Shown here piece after piece: positions 1 to 10,211 of a stretch of 64,000 nucleotides of DNA. The position numbers were made by a program, and so were the translations under genes. The notes under the pieces were generated by a model. The model did not search any database. It worked only from the letters and a program-made list of their open reading frames with translations, and was not told the origin of the DNA. Every line of letters begins with the position of its first letter. The first letter of the stretch is position 1. Origin of the DNA: Gammaproteobacteria bacterium (lineage in GTDB: Bacteria; Pseudomonadota; Gammaproteobacteria; Ga0077536); contig JBFWYG010000002.1 of NCBI GenBank assembly GCA_050186725.1, positions 5,027 to 69,026 on the forward strand. Direction: 5' to 3'.

Positions 1-507
1 GGCCTGGCCGGCTGCGCGACCTATCCGACCGGCCCGAGCCTGATGGCGTTGCCGGGCAGCGGTTCGAGCTTCGAACAGTTCCGCCTCGACGACGCGATGT
101 GCCAGGGCTATGCCCAACAGATGCTGGGCGGCAAGACCCCGCAGCAGGCGGCCTCCGACAGCGGCGCGAACAGCGCCGCGGTGGGCGCCGTGGTCGGCGC
201 CGCGGCCGGCGCCTTGATCGGCGCCGCCTCGGGCGACCCCGCCGCCGGCGCCGCCATCGGCGGCGGCAGCGGCCTCCTCTTGGGTACCGCGTCGGCCAGC
301 GACTCCTACAGCGGCAGCGGCTACCTCGCCCAGAACCGCTACGACGACGCCTACATCCAGTGCATGTACGCCAAGGGTCACCAGGTGCCGGTGCCGGCCA
401 GCGTCGCCAAGTACCAGCAGAGCGCGCCGGCCGCCCCTGCGTACACCCCGCCACCGCCCTCGAGCAGCTACCCGGCGCCCAACACGCCGCCGCCCCCGGG
501 CTATTGA
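1..507 (+). CDS. Glycine-zipper (YMGG/17 kDa-antigen-like) outer-membrane lipoprotein, 5' end outside window
   Basis: The window opens in-frame with GLAGCATYPT, a lipobox-like LAGC. It is followed by a Gly/Ala-rich GxxxG zipper region (AAVGAVVGAAAGALIGAASG) and a Pro-rich tail. No upstream start lies inside the window. Confidence 0.55.
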   Translation, partial: GLAGCATYPTGPSLMALPGSGSSFEQFRLDDAMCQGYAQQMLGGKTPQQAASDSGANSAAVGAVVGAAAGALIGAASGDPAAGAAIGGGSGLLLGTASASDSYSGSGYLAQNRYDDAYIQCMYAKGHQVPVPASVAKYQQSAPAAPAYTPPPPSSSYPAPNTPPPPGY

Positions 508-695
508 TCGGTACCGCGCCAGCCCTGCGGCGAGACTTCGACAGTCAACCGCAAATGCATGTTTTGCAAAAAAGATAAGGTTTGCACGGGGTGATGCCGA
601 TGTTATCGTAGCTCTGCCGCAGGGCCGCCGCGCGATCGCCGCGAGCGTGGTCGCGCGGCGGTGGCATCAACCCTGGGGCGACGAGTGGCGCGAGC

Positions 696-1781
696 GTGAT
701 TGACGAGCAGGTGGAAGGAGTCGCCTCCCCCGACGACTGGGGCAGGCGACGCGGCAGCATTCGACACGAAGTGTCGCTGCCCGCCATTGTCGTCGACCGT
801 AAGGGGTATGCGGTCGCCTGTACGATCGAGGACATCAGCAGCACCGGCATGGCCTTGAAGATCGACCTCAAGACGCCGGAGCCCGGCCGCGAGGCGCTCG
901 ACCAGGGCAGCGGCGGCCGGCTCGAGTTCACCGTGAAGTCACTGCAGGCCGGCCAGCACAAGGTGCAGGTGCCGGTGCAGATCATGTGGCGCACGCCGAC
1001 CGGCATGGGCGTGCGCTTCAAGCGCAATGACGAGAGCCTCCGCGACGCGCTCAAGATCATCGCCCAGGCCGCGGTCGAAGCCCGCGCCAAGGACACCGGC
1101 CAGCAGCGCCGCCAGGCAGGCCAGCAGGCGCGCAAGACCATGCTGGCCTGCCGCAGGACCGCCGAGAAGCTGTTGCCGAACATCATCTGGACGCTGCGCA
1201 CCGAGACCACCAAGCGGCTGCGCCAAGAGGCCGAGGGGGCGTCGGTGGCCGAAGCGCGCGAGGCGCGCGCCGCGGCGGACCTGCTGGACGAGAAGGCCAT
1301 CCCCATCGGGCGCACCATCGAGCGCCTGTTCCTGCAAGCCTTCGCCGTCACCAGCGACCTCGATCAGACCCAGGAACTCACCATCGCGCCGGTGCTCGGC
1401 GCACGCCGCCCCGGCGAGAATACGGGCGGCGGGCTGATCGGCGTGGTGGCAGACAGCGTGGTGGAGAGCGACGCCACCATCATCGCCATCGGCCACGCGG
1501 CGGCCGAGAAATTCAAGCTCAAGCTGTTCCAGCTGAACGTGCGCCTGGCGAACGTGCTCGGCCACGCGCTCGACGTCGAGCACAATCCGCTGCAGCCGGC
1601 CAACATCTTCCGCATCTTCTGGCAGGCGACGGTCGAGTACTGCGATTCGCCGCGCGTGCGGCGCTGCATGTACGACGCCATCCGCGTGCGCGTGGTGCCG
1701 CTGCTCGGCGAGCTCTACGACGCCATCGACAAGACCCTCGACGACGAACAGGTTCCACGCGCCTTCGGCCGCCTCGGCTGA
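696..1781 (+). CDS. PilZ-domain protein (putative c-di-GMP receptor) with uncharacterised C-terminal domain
   Basis: GTG start. N-terminus carries RxxxR (RRRGSIRHE) and D/NxSxxG (EDISSTGMAL) PilZ signature motifs. The C-terminal ~230 aa has no recognisable motif. Confidence 0.6.
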   Translation: MIDEQVEGVASPDDWGRRRGSIRHEVSLPAIVVDRKGYAVACTIEDISSTGMALKIDLKTPEPGREALDQGSGGRLEFTVKSLQAGQHKVQVPVQIMWRTPTGMGVRFKRNDESLRDALKIIAQAAVEARAKDTGQQRRQAGQQARKTMLACRRTAEKLLPNIIWTLRTETTKRLRQEAEGASVAEAREARAAADLLDEKAIPIGRTIERLFLQAFAVTSDLDQTQELTIAPVLGARRPGENTGGGLIGVVADSVVESDATIIAIGHAAAEKFKLKLFQLNVRLANVLGHALDVEHNPLQPANIFRIFWQATVEYCDSPRVRRCMYDAIRVRVVPLLGELYDAIDKTLDDEQVPRAFGRLG

Positions 1782-1870
1782 GTTCTTCTGCGGCCCGCCC
1801 GCGCCGGTTATAGTGCCCTGCCGCCGTGACTCACGCGGCGCATCGTTCGCAAGCACCACGGAGACCCGCG

Positions 1871-2374
1871 ATGGCCAACGCCTCCCCTACCGACGGTTTC
1901 GTCATGAACCAGACCATGCTGCGCGTACGCGATCCGAAGGTCTCGGTCGCGTTCTACCAGGATGTCCTGGGCATGACCCTGCTCGACCGCTACGACTTCG
2001 AGAGCATGCAGTTCTCGCTGTACTTCATGGGCTATCTCGCACCCGGCGAGAGCATCCCGAGCGACAAGGGTGAACGCGCCCAGTGGGTGTTCGGTCGCCC
2101 CGCGCTGATCGAACTCACGCACAACTGGGGCAGCGAGTCCGACCCGGCCTTCGCCGGCTATCACAACGGCAACAGCGATCCGCGCGGCTTCGGCCACATC
2201 GGCATCTCGGTGCCGGACGTGTATGCCGCCAGCACGCGCTTCGAGTCCCTGGGCGTGGAGTTCGTCAAGCGTCCGGACGACGGCAAGATGAAGGGCCTCG
2301 CCTTCATCAAGGATCCGGACGGCTACTGGATCGAGATCCTGAGCCCGCAGGGCCTGAGGGCGATCGTCGCCTGA
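1871..2374 (+). CDS. gloA: Lactoylglutathione lyase (glyoxalase I)
   Basis: Strong similarity to long-form glyoxalase I ([14 protein letters not shown]..., HNWG..., GFGHIGI). Start chosen at MANASP inside the longer ORF 1826..2374. Confidence 0.75.
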   Translation: MANASPTDGFVMNQTMLRVRDPKVSVAFYQDVLGMTLLDRYDFESMQFSLYFMGYLAPGESIPSDKGERAQWVFGRPALIELTHNWGSESDPAFAGYHNGNSDPRGFGHIGISVPDVYAASTRFESLGVEFVKRPDDGKMKGLAFIKDPDGYWIEILSPQGLRAIVA

Positions 2375-2418
2375 GACCCTCGCAGCGGGGCGGCGATCGC
2401 GCCGCCCCGCCTGTTCGC

Positions 2419-3198
2419 TCAGGCGTTCCGCACCGTGAGCCCACCGTCCACCGCCAGCACCTGGCCGGTGATGTACTGCGCGGCCGGCAGCACGAAGTTC
2501 AACGTGCCGTGGGCGACTTCCTCGGGCTCCGCGTAGCGCTTGAGCGCGACGCGGCGACGCGCGAACTCGGCCTTGGCGCTGTCCGGGATCTCGGCCGTCA
2601 TGCCGGTGTTGATCGGGCCCGGGCAGATGCAGTTGACGGTCACGTTGCGCGTGCCGAATTCCACCGCCAGGGAACGGGTGAGGCCGATCACGCCGGTCTT
2701 GGCCGCGGTATAGGGACTGAAGCCGCGAGTCGCGCCCAGGCCCTCGGTGGACGCGATGTTGACGATGCGCCCGCCACCGCTCTTCAAGAGATGGGGCATG
2801 CACACGCGAATCAGCATCACCTGCGCGGTGAGCAGCACGTCGAGATGCTTGTTCCACACAGCCACGTAGTCCTCGGCGTCCAGGTCGAGCTGGCGCGAGA
2901 TGCCGGCGTTGTTGACCAGGATGTCGAGCCCGCCCCAGCGCGCGACGATTTCACCGACCACCTGCTCGCGCGCGGCAGCGCTGCTGACGTCGAGCGCCCA
3001 GCCGGCCGCGCTGCCGCCGGCGGCGGTGATCTCCTCGACCACGCGCTGGACCTTGTCGGCATCGAGATCGGTCACCGCGACATGCGCGCCCTCGTCGGCG
3101 AACAGGTGGGCGGTGGCGCGGCCCATGCCGCTCGCCGCGCCGGTGACCAGCGCTGTCTTGCCGGCGATGCTGCGGCTCAGTTTGCTCAGACGTGGCAT
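2419..3198 (-). CDS. SDR-family oxidoreductase (3-oxoacyl-ACP reductase-like)
   Basis: TGAASGMG cofactor motif, NNAG, catalytic S...YxxxK (SPYTAAK). Length 259 aa. Confidence 0.85.
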   Translation of the reverse strand: MPRLSKLSRSIAGKTALVTGAASGMGRATAHLFADEGAHVAVTDLDADKVQRVVEEITAAGGSAAGWALDVSSAAAREQVVGEIVARWGGLDILVNNAGISRQLDLDAEDYVAVWNKHLDVLLTAQVMLIRVCMPHLLKSGGGRIVNIASTEGLGATRGFSPYTAAKTGVIGLTRSLAVEFGTRNVTVNCICPGPINTGMTAEIPDSAKAEFARRRVALKRYAEPEEVAHGTLNFVLPAAQYITGQVLAVDGGLTVRNA

Positions 3199-3246
3199 GA
3201 CTCTCTCCCCTCGATTTTTCGTTGATTGGCAATGAATTCGGCGGCC

Positions 3247-4833
3247 TCAGCCGCCCTGCGCGAGGCGTTCTTCGGCCAGCGCGCGCAGCTTCGCTTTCTG
3301 GATCTTGGTGCCGTTGGCGCTCAAGGTGGTCGGGAACGCCTCCAGCACGAACACTCGCTTCGGTGCCTTGTAGCCCGCCAGGCGCGCGCGGCAGTGCGCC
3401 ATCACCGCCTCGGCGTCCACCTCGCCCTCGCGCGCGAGGACGAAGGCCACCGGCGCCGGCGCGCCGTCCACCTGCACTGCCACCACCTGGCTGCTCAGCA
3501 CCTGCGGATGCTGGTCGATGACCGCTTCGATCTCGAGCGGGCTGGTGAGGAAGCCGCCCAGGCGCAGCGTGTCGCCCATGCGCGCGAGGTAGCAGAAGCG
3601 ACCATCGGCCTCGAGATAGCCGAGGTCGCCGGTGCGCAGGTAGCCATCGGCGGTAAACGCGGCGGCGGTCGCGGCAGGGTCGCCGTAGTACTCGTGCATC
3701 AGGCTGGGGCCGGCGATCTCGAGTTCGCCGGCGACACCCACCGGCAGCAATTCACCGCTCTCGGGATCGCGCACTCGCACCCGCGCCTCGGGCGCGACCG
3801 GCAGTCCCCCGCCCTTGCGCCGCTCGTTGGCCGGCAGGGCTAGCGGCTGTAGCGCGTACAGCGCGTGACATTCGCTCATGCCGTACAGGCCGCGCAGGGT
3901 CACACCGCGCGTGGCCGCGCGCTCCACGATGTCCTCCAGCGCCGGGTTGAACAGCGCGAAACCGAAGTGGCGCAGGCTCGGAAAGGCCTGTTGCTCGTCG
4001 ACCTCGGCCAGCATGCGGTCGATCATGTCGTCGACGCCGTTCATGTGCGTGATGCCGAGTTCGCGCACCAGGCGCGCCGCCTGCGGGGCATCGAACACCG
4101 GCATGACTTCCATCGGCGCGCGCGCGACGAGCGCGGCCAGCGCCTGGGTGAAGCCGTACACACCGCACAGCGGCAGCGCCTGCAGGACGCGGCATGGACC
4201 ATCGTCGAGGCCCAGGCCACGAGCCGCGTCGGCCGCGTGGCGCGCCACCGTGCCCTGCACGTGGCACACGAACTTGGGCGCCTTGGTGGTGCCCGAGGTG
4301 GTGAAGATGACGCAGCGTGCGTCCGGCCCGCCGACGACGGGGGGCGCCGGACCGTCGAGATCCGCGTAGCGCGTGCTCGGCACGCCCGGCAGCGGTTCGC
4401 CGCGCGCCTCGTCCGGTGCTTCGTTGTAGACGATGACGCGCTCGATGGCGCTGAGCGCGGCCGGTGGCACCTCGCGCAGGATGCCGGCGAAGTCGATGGC
4501 CTTGAAGGTCGGCCACAGCGCCAGCATGCGACAGCCGGACCGGCCGACGATGTCCGCCACCTCGTGGGCGCGAAAGCGCGTGTTGACCGACACCAGGATC
4601 GCGCCGAGCCGGGCGCAGGCGAACAACAGCGTGAGCCAGGCGGGAATGTTCGGCAGCCACACCGCGATGCGGTCGCCCGATCTCAAACCGTGGGCCGCGA
4701 GGCCGGCGGCGACCCGCGCGCTCTCCGCGCGCAGTTCCGCAAAGGTCATCGCGCGGCCGGCGTAGCACAGCGCGACGACGTCGTCGGGCGCATCGGCCAG
4801 CAGCGCGGTCAGATCGCGCGACGCGTGCAGCAT
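3247..4833 (-). CDS. AMP-dependent acyl-CoA synthetase/ligase
   Basis: AMP-binding motif TSGTTKAPK, plus YLRTGDLG and GYKAPK C-terminal motifs. Start set at internal MLHASRD so that it abuts the upstream gene. The ORF track extends to 4914. Confidence 0.8.
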   Translation of the reverse strand: MLHASRDLTALLADAPDDVVALCYAGRAMTFAELRAESARVAAGLAAHGLRSGDRIAVWLPNIPAWLTLLFACARLGAILVSVNTRFRAHEVADIVGRSGCRMLALWPTFKAIDFAGILREVPPAALSAIERVIVYNEAPDEARGEPLPGVPSTRYADLDGPAPPVVGGPDARCVIFTTSGTTKAPKFVCHVQGTVARHAADAARGLGLDDGPCRVLQALPLCGVYGFTQALAALVARAPMEVMPVFDAPQAARLVRELGITHMNGVDDMIDRMLAEVDEQQAFPSLRHFGFALFNPALEDIVERAATRGVTLRGLYGMSECHALYALQPLALPANERRKGGGLPVAPEARVRVRDPESGELLPVGVAGELEIAGPSLMHEYYGDPAATAAAFTADGYLRTGDLGYLEADGRFCYLARMGDTLRLGGFLTSPLEIEAVIDQHPQVLSSQVVAVQVDGAPAPVAFVLAREGEVDAEAVMAHCRARLAGYKAPKRVFVLEAFPTTLSANGTKIQKAKLRALAEERLAQGG

Positions 4834-4835
4834 GG

Positions 4836-5447
4836 TCACCTTCCTGTCTTCTGCGTGGAGGCGTGTCGCCATACCAGCAGCTGGTTGTTGGCGGGCAGCG
4901 CGAGATTCTCGCACAAGGCCAGTCCGACCCGCGCCGCCAGCGCTTCGAGCTCGGCGAGATCGCGCAGGCCGAAGCCGGGATCAAGGCCGCGCGCCCAGGC
5001 GTCCAGGCGCAGGTTGCCTTCGCTGGTGAAGCGGCCGTCGCGGTTGAATGGTCCGTACAAGAGCAAGGGACCACCTGGGCGCAACACACCGGCCACGCCC
5101 GCGAACAGCGCCTCGACCGCGGGCCAGGTCATGCAGTGCACGACGTTGGCCGCGTAGACCGCGTCAACCGTCGTCACCGGCCAGGGGCTCACGCGCACAT
5201 CGAGCGCGAGCGGCGCGGGCAGCGCGACATCCGCGCCGGCGAGGTTCGCGGCCAGTGCCGCGACCCCCGTGGGATGCTCGCTCGCCTGCCAGCGCAGTCC
5301 GGGCAGCGCGGCGGCGAAATAGCAGGCGTGCTGACCGCTGCCGGCGCCAATCTCGAGCACCTCGCGTGCGTTCTCGAGCAGCGGGCCGAGGGCCGCGAGG
5401 ATCGGCGCCTTGTTGCGTTCGGCGGCGTGGCTGAAGTCCTGGAACAT
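4836..5447 (-). CDS. DUF938-type SAM-dependent methyltransferase-like protein
   Basis: MFQDFSHAAERNKAPIL N-terminus and EIGAGSGQH glycine-rich SAM-binding motif. Its stop lies 2 bp from the ligase start, so an operon with ligase and SDR is likely. Confidence 0.55.
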   Translation of the reverse strand: MFQDFSHAAERNKAPILAALGPLLENAREVLEIGAGSGQHACYFAAALPGLRWQASEHPTGVAALAANLAGADVALPAPLALDVRVSPWPVTTVDAVYAANVVHCMTWPAVEALFAGVAGVLRPGGPLLLYGPFNRDGRFTSEGNLRLDAWARGLDPGFGLRDLAELEALAARVGLALCENLALPANNQLLVWRHASTQKTGR

Positions 5448-5549
5448 CGCGCCAGTCTAGCCGCAGCGCGGCACGACCACACTGGCTCGGCGAGCGACAC
5501 ACGGCCTGTGCTAAGGTCGCGCTACTTCGCCTTCACACCCGGCACCAGC

Positions 5550-7367
5550 ATGAACTCTCCCACCGCGGCGGGCGCCGCGCTCGACCCGCCGCGCGCGCGA
5601 CGACGCCTCGCCGGCCTGCGCGGCCTGCGCCCCTTCCTCGCGCCCTATCGCGCCGTCATCGCCGCGGCGCTGGTCGCCCTGCTGGCCGCCGCGGGCGCGT
5701 CGCTCGCCATGCCGGTCGCGGTGCGCCACGTGATCGACGCCGGTCTCGGCGACGCGCATGGCGCGGCGGTGGATCGCTATTTTCTCGGCCTGTTCGTGCT
5801 CGCCGTCGCGACCGCCTGCTTCGCCGCGCTGCGCTTCTACCTGGTGTCCTGGCTCGGCGAACGAGTGGTGGCCGATCTGCGCTCGGCGGTGTTCCGCCAC
5901 GTGCTCGGCCTGTCGTCGTCCTTCTTCGAAGTGACCAAGAGCGGCGAACTGCTCTCGCGCCTCACCACCGACACCACGCTCATCCAGAACGTGGTCGGCA
6001 GCAGCCTGTCGGTCGCGCTGCGCAGTTCGCTGACCCTCGGCGGATCGGTGGTGATGCTGACCGTCACCAGTCCACGCCTGACCGGCATCATCCTGCTGGT
6101 GATCCCGCTGGTGGTGGTACCGATCATCCTCGCCGGCCGGCGCGTGCGAGCGCTGTCCCGCGCGAGCCAGGACCGGCTCGCCGACACCTCTGCCCTGGCG
6201 GGCGAGGTGCTGAACGCGATGTCGCTGGTGCAGGCCTATACTCTGGAGGCCCTGCACGGCGCGCGCTACGAGCAGGCGGTGGAGCAGGCCTTCCTCGCGG
6301 CGCGCAAGCGCATCCGCCAGCGCGCGCTCCTCACCGCCTATGCCATCTCCATGGTGTTCGCCGCGCTGGTATTCGTGCTGTGGGTCGGCGCGCAGGACGT
6401 GGTGAGCGGGCGCATGAGCGGCGGCCAGCTCGGCCAGTTCCTGCTCTACGCGGTGTTCGCCGGTGGATCGACCGCCGGCCTGTCGGAGATCTTCGGCGCC
6501 CTGCAGCAGGCCGGTGGCGCCACCGAGAGACTGGTGGAGCTGCTGGGCGTACGGCCCGATCCGCCGCTGCCGGCCACGCCCACGCCGCTACCCACGCCGT
6601 GCCGCGGCGAATTGAGCTTCGAGCACGTGCGCTTCAGCTACCCGTCGCGGCCCACGCCGCCGGCGCTCAATGACTTCTCGCTGACGCTCAGGCGCGGCGA
6701 GACCATCGCTCTGGTCGGCCCGTCGGGCGCCGGCAAGAGCAGCGTGCTGGCGCTCGCGCTCGCCTTCTATCGGCCACAGGCCGGACGCATCCTGCTGGAC
6801 GGCGTGGATCTCGCCCTGGTCGATCCGCGCGAACTGCGCGCCCACATCGCCATCGTCGCGCAGGACACCGTGCTGTTCGCCGACAGCATCCTGGAGAACA
6901 TCCGCTACGGGCGGCCCGACGCCAGCGACGAGGAAGTGCGCGCCGCGGCGCGCGCGGCCGCCGCGTCCGAGTTCATCGAGCGGCTCCCCGACGGCTATCT
7001 CACCCAGGTCGGCGAACGCGGCGTGCGGCTCTCCGGCGGCCAGCAGCAGCGCATCTCCATCGCGCGCGCGGTGCTGAAGCAGCCCGCCATCCTGCTGCTC
7101 GACGAAGCGACCAGCGCGCTCGACGCCGAGTCGGAGTTGGCGGTGCAGGCGGCGCTCGAAGACCTGGTCCACGACCGCGCGACGCTCGTCATCGCGCATC
7201 GTCTCGCCACCGTGCGCCGCGCGGACCGCATCGTGGTGATGGACGCCGGTCGCATCGTGGCCAGCGGCACCCACGAGGATCTCACCGAGGGCGGCGGACT
7301 CTATGCGCGCCTGGCCGAACTGCAGTTCAGCGACGTCGGCCCCATCGACAGCCTGACGACGAGTTGA
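5550..7367 (+). CDS. ABC transporter, fused permease/ATP-binding (MsbA/lipid-exporter-like)
   Basis: Six-TM N-terminal domain, then Walker A GPSGAGKSS, ABC signature LSGGQQQR and Walker B ILLLDEATSALD. The ORF-track entry 4863..7367 is an artefactual N-terminal extension. MNSPTAAG at 5550 gives about 605 aa. Confidence 0.85.
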   Translation: MNSPTAAGAALDPPRARRRLAGLRGLRPFLAPYRAVIAAALVALLAAAGASLAMPVAVRHVIDAGLGDAHGAAVDRYFLGLFVLAVATACFAALRFYLVSWLGERVVADLRSAVFRHVLGLSSSFFEVTKSGELLSRLTTDTTLIQNVVGSSLSVALRSSLTLGGSVVMLTVTSPRLTGIILLVIPLVVVPIILAGRRVRALSRASQDRLADTSALAGEVLNAMSLVQAYTLEALHGARYEQAVEQAFLAARKRIRQRALLTAYAISMVFAALVFVLWVGAQDVVSGRMSGGQLGQFLLYAVFAGGSTAGLSEIFGALQQAGGATERLVELLGVRPDPPLPATPTPLPTPCRGELSFEHVRFSYPSRPTPPALNDFSLTLRRGETIALVGPSGAGKSSVLALALAFYRPQAGRILLDGVDLALVDPRELRAHIAIVAQDTVLFADSILENIRYGRPDASDEEVRAAARAAAASEFIERLPDGYLTQVGERGVRLSGGQQQRISIARAVLKQPAILLLDEATSALDAESELAVQAALEDLVHDRATLVIAHRLATVRRADRIVVMDAGRIVASGTHEDLTEGGGLYARLAELQFSDVGPIDSLTTS

Positions 7368-7372
7368 GCCTC

Positions 7373-7395
7373 GGCCGCGCGTCCCGCGCGCGGCC
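7373..7395. terminator. GC-rich hairpin immediately after ABC transporter stop (candidate intrinsic terminator, no T-tract)
   Basis: ggccgcgcg-tccc-cgcgcggcc is a perfect 9-bp stem 6 nt after the TGA. Confidence 0.3.
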
Positions 7396-7577
7396 CGTTC
7401 CCACCCCATTCCCGCCCCGTCGCCGCGTCGCGCGGCGCCGACTGCCGTACGCGACGTCGCCCGCGCGCCTGCGCGGCTATCAAAAAACTCGCCTGCCCAG
7501 CCGCTAGTGGAGGAGCTCTCCCGCCACTGGCCAGCGCCTCGCGCGAGCCATTTCCAGTCGTCAACTCGGAGTCGAAC

Positions 7578-10211
7578 ATGGACCTGAGCGTCAAGCAGAA
7601 ACTATGGGCCTTCGCGGCCTTCAGCATCATCGCCACTCTGATGGTGGGCCTCGTCGGCTATCACGGCGAAAAGGCCCAGGGCGACGCACTGAAGGTGCTG
7701 AATGTCCAGTTGAGCGCGCTGCGCAACCACATGGAAGCTGACATGATGCACGATGCGCTGCGCGCCGACGTGCTGTCGGCGTTGCGCGCGGCCGCGAGTG
7801 GTGATGCCGACGCACGACGCGAGGTCGAGAGCGATCTCAAGGAGCACATCGCGAATTTCGAGGCGGTGCTCGCCGACAACCAGGCGCTGCCCCTGTCGGG
7901 CGACGTCAAAGACGCGCTCGGCTCGGTTGCCCCGGCGCTGCAGTCCTACGAGACCGCCGCCAACACCATCGTGCAGCAGGCCTTCACCGACAGCGCGGCT
8001 GCCGAGAAGCTGATGCCGGACTTCCTGGTCGCCTTCGGCGCGCTCGAGCAGGAGATGGGCAAGGTCTCGGACCTGGTGGAGGACAAGGCCAAGCAGGCCG
8101 AGGCGTCGGCCGTCGCGCTGGCGGCGCGGTCAGTGATGCTGATGTCGGTCGTGATCCTCGGCGCGGCCATCGCCGCGCTGGTGGTGTCCTACTTCCTGGT
8201 GCGCAGCGTGGTCAATCCGCTCGACACGCTGCGCGCGGCGATCGAAGCGCTGCGCGGCGGTGACAGCAGCGGCACGCGCCTGTCGGGCTTCAAGCACGAG
8301 TTCGCCGGCGTGGAGCACGCCTTCAATGGCGTGCTCGACGACCTCGATGCGCAGCACCGCGCCGAACAGTTGCGCGCGCAGGCCGCGTTCCGCGTGCAGC
8401 AGGCGCTGAATGCCGCCACCACCAACGTGGTGCTGAGCGACGAGCGCCTGGACGTGGTCTACGTCAACGACACCGCGCGCGCGATGTTCGAGCGCTACGC
8501 CGCCGACCTGCGCAAGGACCTGCCCGGCTTCGACACGGCGCAGATGATCGGCCGCGGGGTCGAGCAGTTCTACGCTGAACGCGGCATGCGCGACACGCTG
8601 CAGCGCCTGACTACGCCGCGCACCGACGAGGTCGTGCTGGGCGGCAAGACCTTTTCCGTGACCGCCACCCCGGTACGCGGCGCGCAGGGCGAGCAGCTCG
8701 GCGTGGTGTGCGAGTGGGTCGATCTCACCGAGCAGCGCGAAGCGGAGCACCAGATCCAGGCGGTGCTGGCCGACGCCACCGCCGGCCGCCTCGACAGCCG
8801 CCTGGAGGCCGAGCGCTTCCGCGGCTTCACGCGCGCGCTGGCGCTGTCGGTCAACCAGATGATGGACGCGGTCACCGCGCCGCTGAACGTCGCCGCGGCG
8901 CACCTGAGCGCGATCGCCGACGGCAAGCTGCCGGCGCCGATCACCGCCGAGTTCCACGGCGCGTTCAACGACATCAAGAACAACCTCAACACCTGCAGCG
9001 AAGTGCTGCGCGCGATGGTCGAGGACGCCACTACGCTGGTCGAGGCCGCGCAGGCCGGCCGGCTCGAGGAACGCGCCTCGCTCGAGCGCCACTGGGGTGA
9101 TTTCCGCAAGATCGTCGCGGGCATGAACAACATGCTCGACTCCGTGGCGCAGCCGATCACCGCCGCACGCACCGTCATGACCGCGCTCGCGGCCGGCGAT
9201 CTGTCCCAGCGCATGGAGGGCGACTACCAGGGTGAGTTCGCGGTGCTGCGCGACGCGATGGACGCCTCCATCGCCAATCTCGCCAACATGGTCAAGCGCA
9301 TCGGCGATTCGTCGTCCAGCATCGGCAGCTCGGCGAGCGAAATAGCCAAGGGCAACCAGGACCTCAACCGCCGCACCCAGGAACAGGCGGCCTCCATCGA
9401 GGAGACCACCTCGGCCATCCAGTCGCTCACGACCCGCGTACAGGAGAACACCGAGAACGCGCGGCGCGCCAACCAGCTCGCCGCCTCCGCGCGCACCGAG
9501 GCCGAAAAGGGCGGCAAGGTGGTCGCCGACGCGATCGGCGCGATGGGCGAGATCAACAGCGCCAGCGCCAAGATTGCCGACATCATCTCGGTCATCGACG
9601 GCATCGCCTTCCAGACCAACCTGCTGGCGCTGAACGCGGCGGTCGAAGCCGCCCGCGCCGGCGAACAGGGACGCGGCTTCGCGGTGGTGGCGAGCGAGGT
9701 GCGCAACCTCGCGCAGAACAGCGCGGCGGCGGCCAAGGAAATCAAGGATCTCATCGGCGACAGCGTCGACAAGGTCACCCACGGCACCCAGCTGGTCAAC
9801 GAGTCGGGCAGCACGTTGCGCGACATCGTCGGCGCGGTGAAGAACGTCAGCGACATCATCGCCGAGATCACCGCCGCGTCCGAGGAACAGCAGGTCGGTA
9901 TCGAACAGGTCAACCGCGCGCTGGTGCAGCTCGACGAAGTCACGCAGCAGAACGCGGCGCTGGTCGAGGAAGCGACCGCGGCCAGCGAGTCGATGGACGA
10001 CGAGACGCGATCGCTGACCGATCTCATGGCCTTCTTCCAGGGCGGCGCCGCGGATGACGTCGCGCCCCGGGTCGAGGCGACGGAAGCGCCGCGCGTCGAG
10101 CGGCGCAAGGCCAACCGGCCGTGGTCCGAGCGCGCCGCACCGGTGATCGCGCCGGCCGCCTCACAGATCGCCGCGGGCGGCAACGGGAGTGACGTATGGA
10201 ACGAGTTCTGA
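7578..10211 (+). CDS. Methyl-accepting chemotaxis protein (4HB sensor, PAS, multiple HAMP, MCP signalling domain, C-terminal xWxxF pentapeptide)
   Basis: Two TM segments flank an N-terminal helical sensor. The PAS-like region runs [21 protein letters not shown]...[10 protein letters not shown]. Conserved MCP hairpin is [37 protein letters not shown]. The protein ends ...GSDVWNEF. Confidence 0.9.
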   Translation: MDLSVKQKLWAFAAFSIIATLMVGLVGYHGEKAQGDALKVLNVQLSALRNHMEADMMHDALRADVLSALRAAASGDADARREVESDLKEHIANFEAVLADNQALPLSGDVKDALGSVAPALQSYETAANTIVQQAFTDSAAAEKLMPDFLVAFGALEQEMGKVSDLVEDKAKQAEASAVALAARSVMLMSVVILGAAIAALVVSYFLVRSVVNPLDTLRAAIEALRGGDSSGTRLSGFKHEFAGVEHAFNGVLDDLDAQHRAEQLRAQAAFRVQQALNAATTNVVLSDERLDVVYVNDTARAMFERYAADLRKDLPGFDTAQMIGRGVEQFYAERGMRDTLQRLTTPRTDEVVLGGKTFSVTATPVRGAQGEQLGVVCEWVDLTEQREAEHQIQAVLADATAGRLDSRLEAERFRGFTRALALSVNQMMDAVTAPLNVAAAHLSAIADGKLPAPITAEFHGAFNDIKNNLNTCSEVLRAMVEDATTLVEAAQAGRLEERASLERHWGDFRKIVAGMNNMLDSVAQPITAARTVMTALAAGDLSQRMEGDYQGEFAVLRDAMDASIANLANMVKRIGDSSSSIGSSASEIAKGNQDLNRRTQEQAASIEETTSAIQSLTTRVQENTENARRANQLAASARTEAEKGGKVVADAIGAMGEINSASAKIADIISVIDGIAFQTNLLALNAAVEAARAGEQGRGFAVVASEVRNLAQNSAAAAKEIKDLIGDSVDKVTHGTQLVNESGSTLRDIVGAVKNVSDIIAEITAASEEQQVGIEQVNRALVQLDEVTQQNAALVEEATAASESMDDETRSLTDLMAFFQGGAADDVAPRVEATEAPRVERRKANRPWSERAAPVIAPAASQIAAGGNGSDVWNEF

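Noticed and set aside
3752-5157. 445-aa minus ORF and 430-aa plus ORF overlapping the acyl-CoA synthetase
   Set aside because: Off-frame or antisense artefacts. Only the 3247..4833 minus frame contains AMP-binding motifs.
4863-7367. 834-aa ORF suggesting a much longer ABC transporter
   Set aside because: The first about 230 residues are Arg/Gly/Ala-rich and overlap the minus-strand methyltransferase and ligase genes. The transporter TM domain begins at MNSPTAAG (5550), giving a canonical about 605-aa MsbA-like protein.
8130-9782. 550-aa minus-strand ORF antisense to the chemoreceptor gene
   Set aside because: Low-complexity Arg/Gly/Ala composition, no start context. The sense frame encodes an unmistakable MCP.
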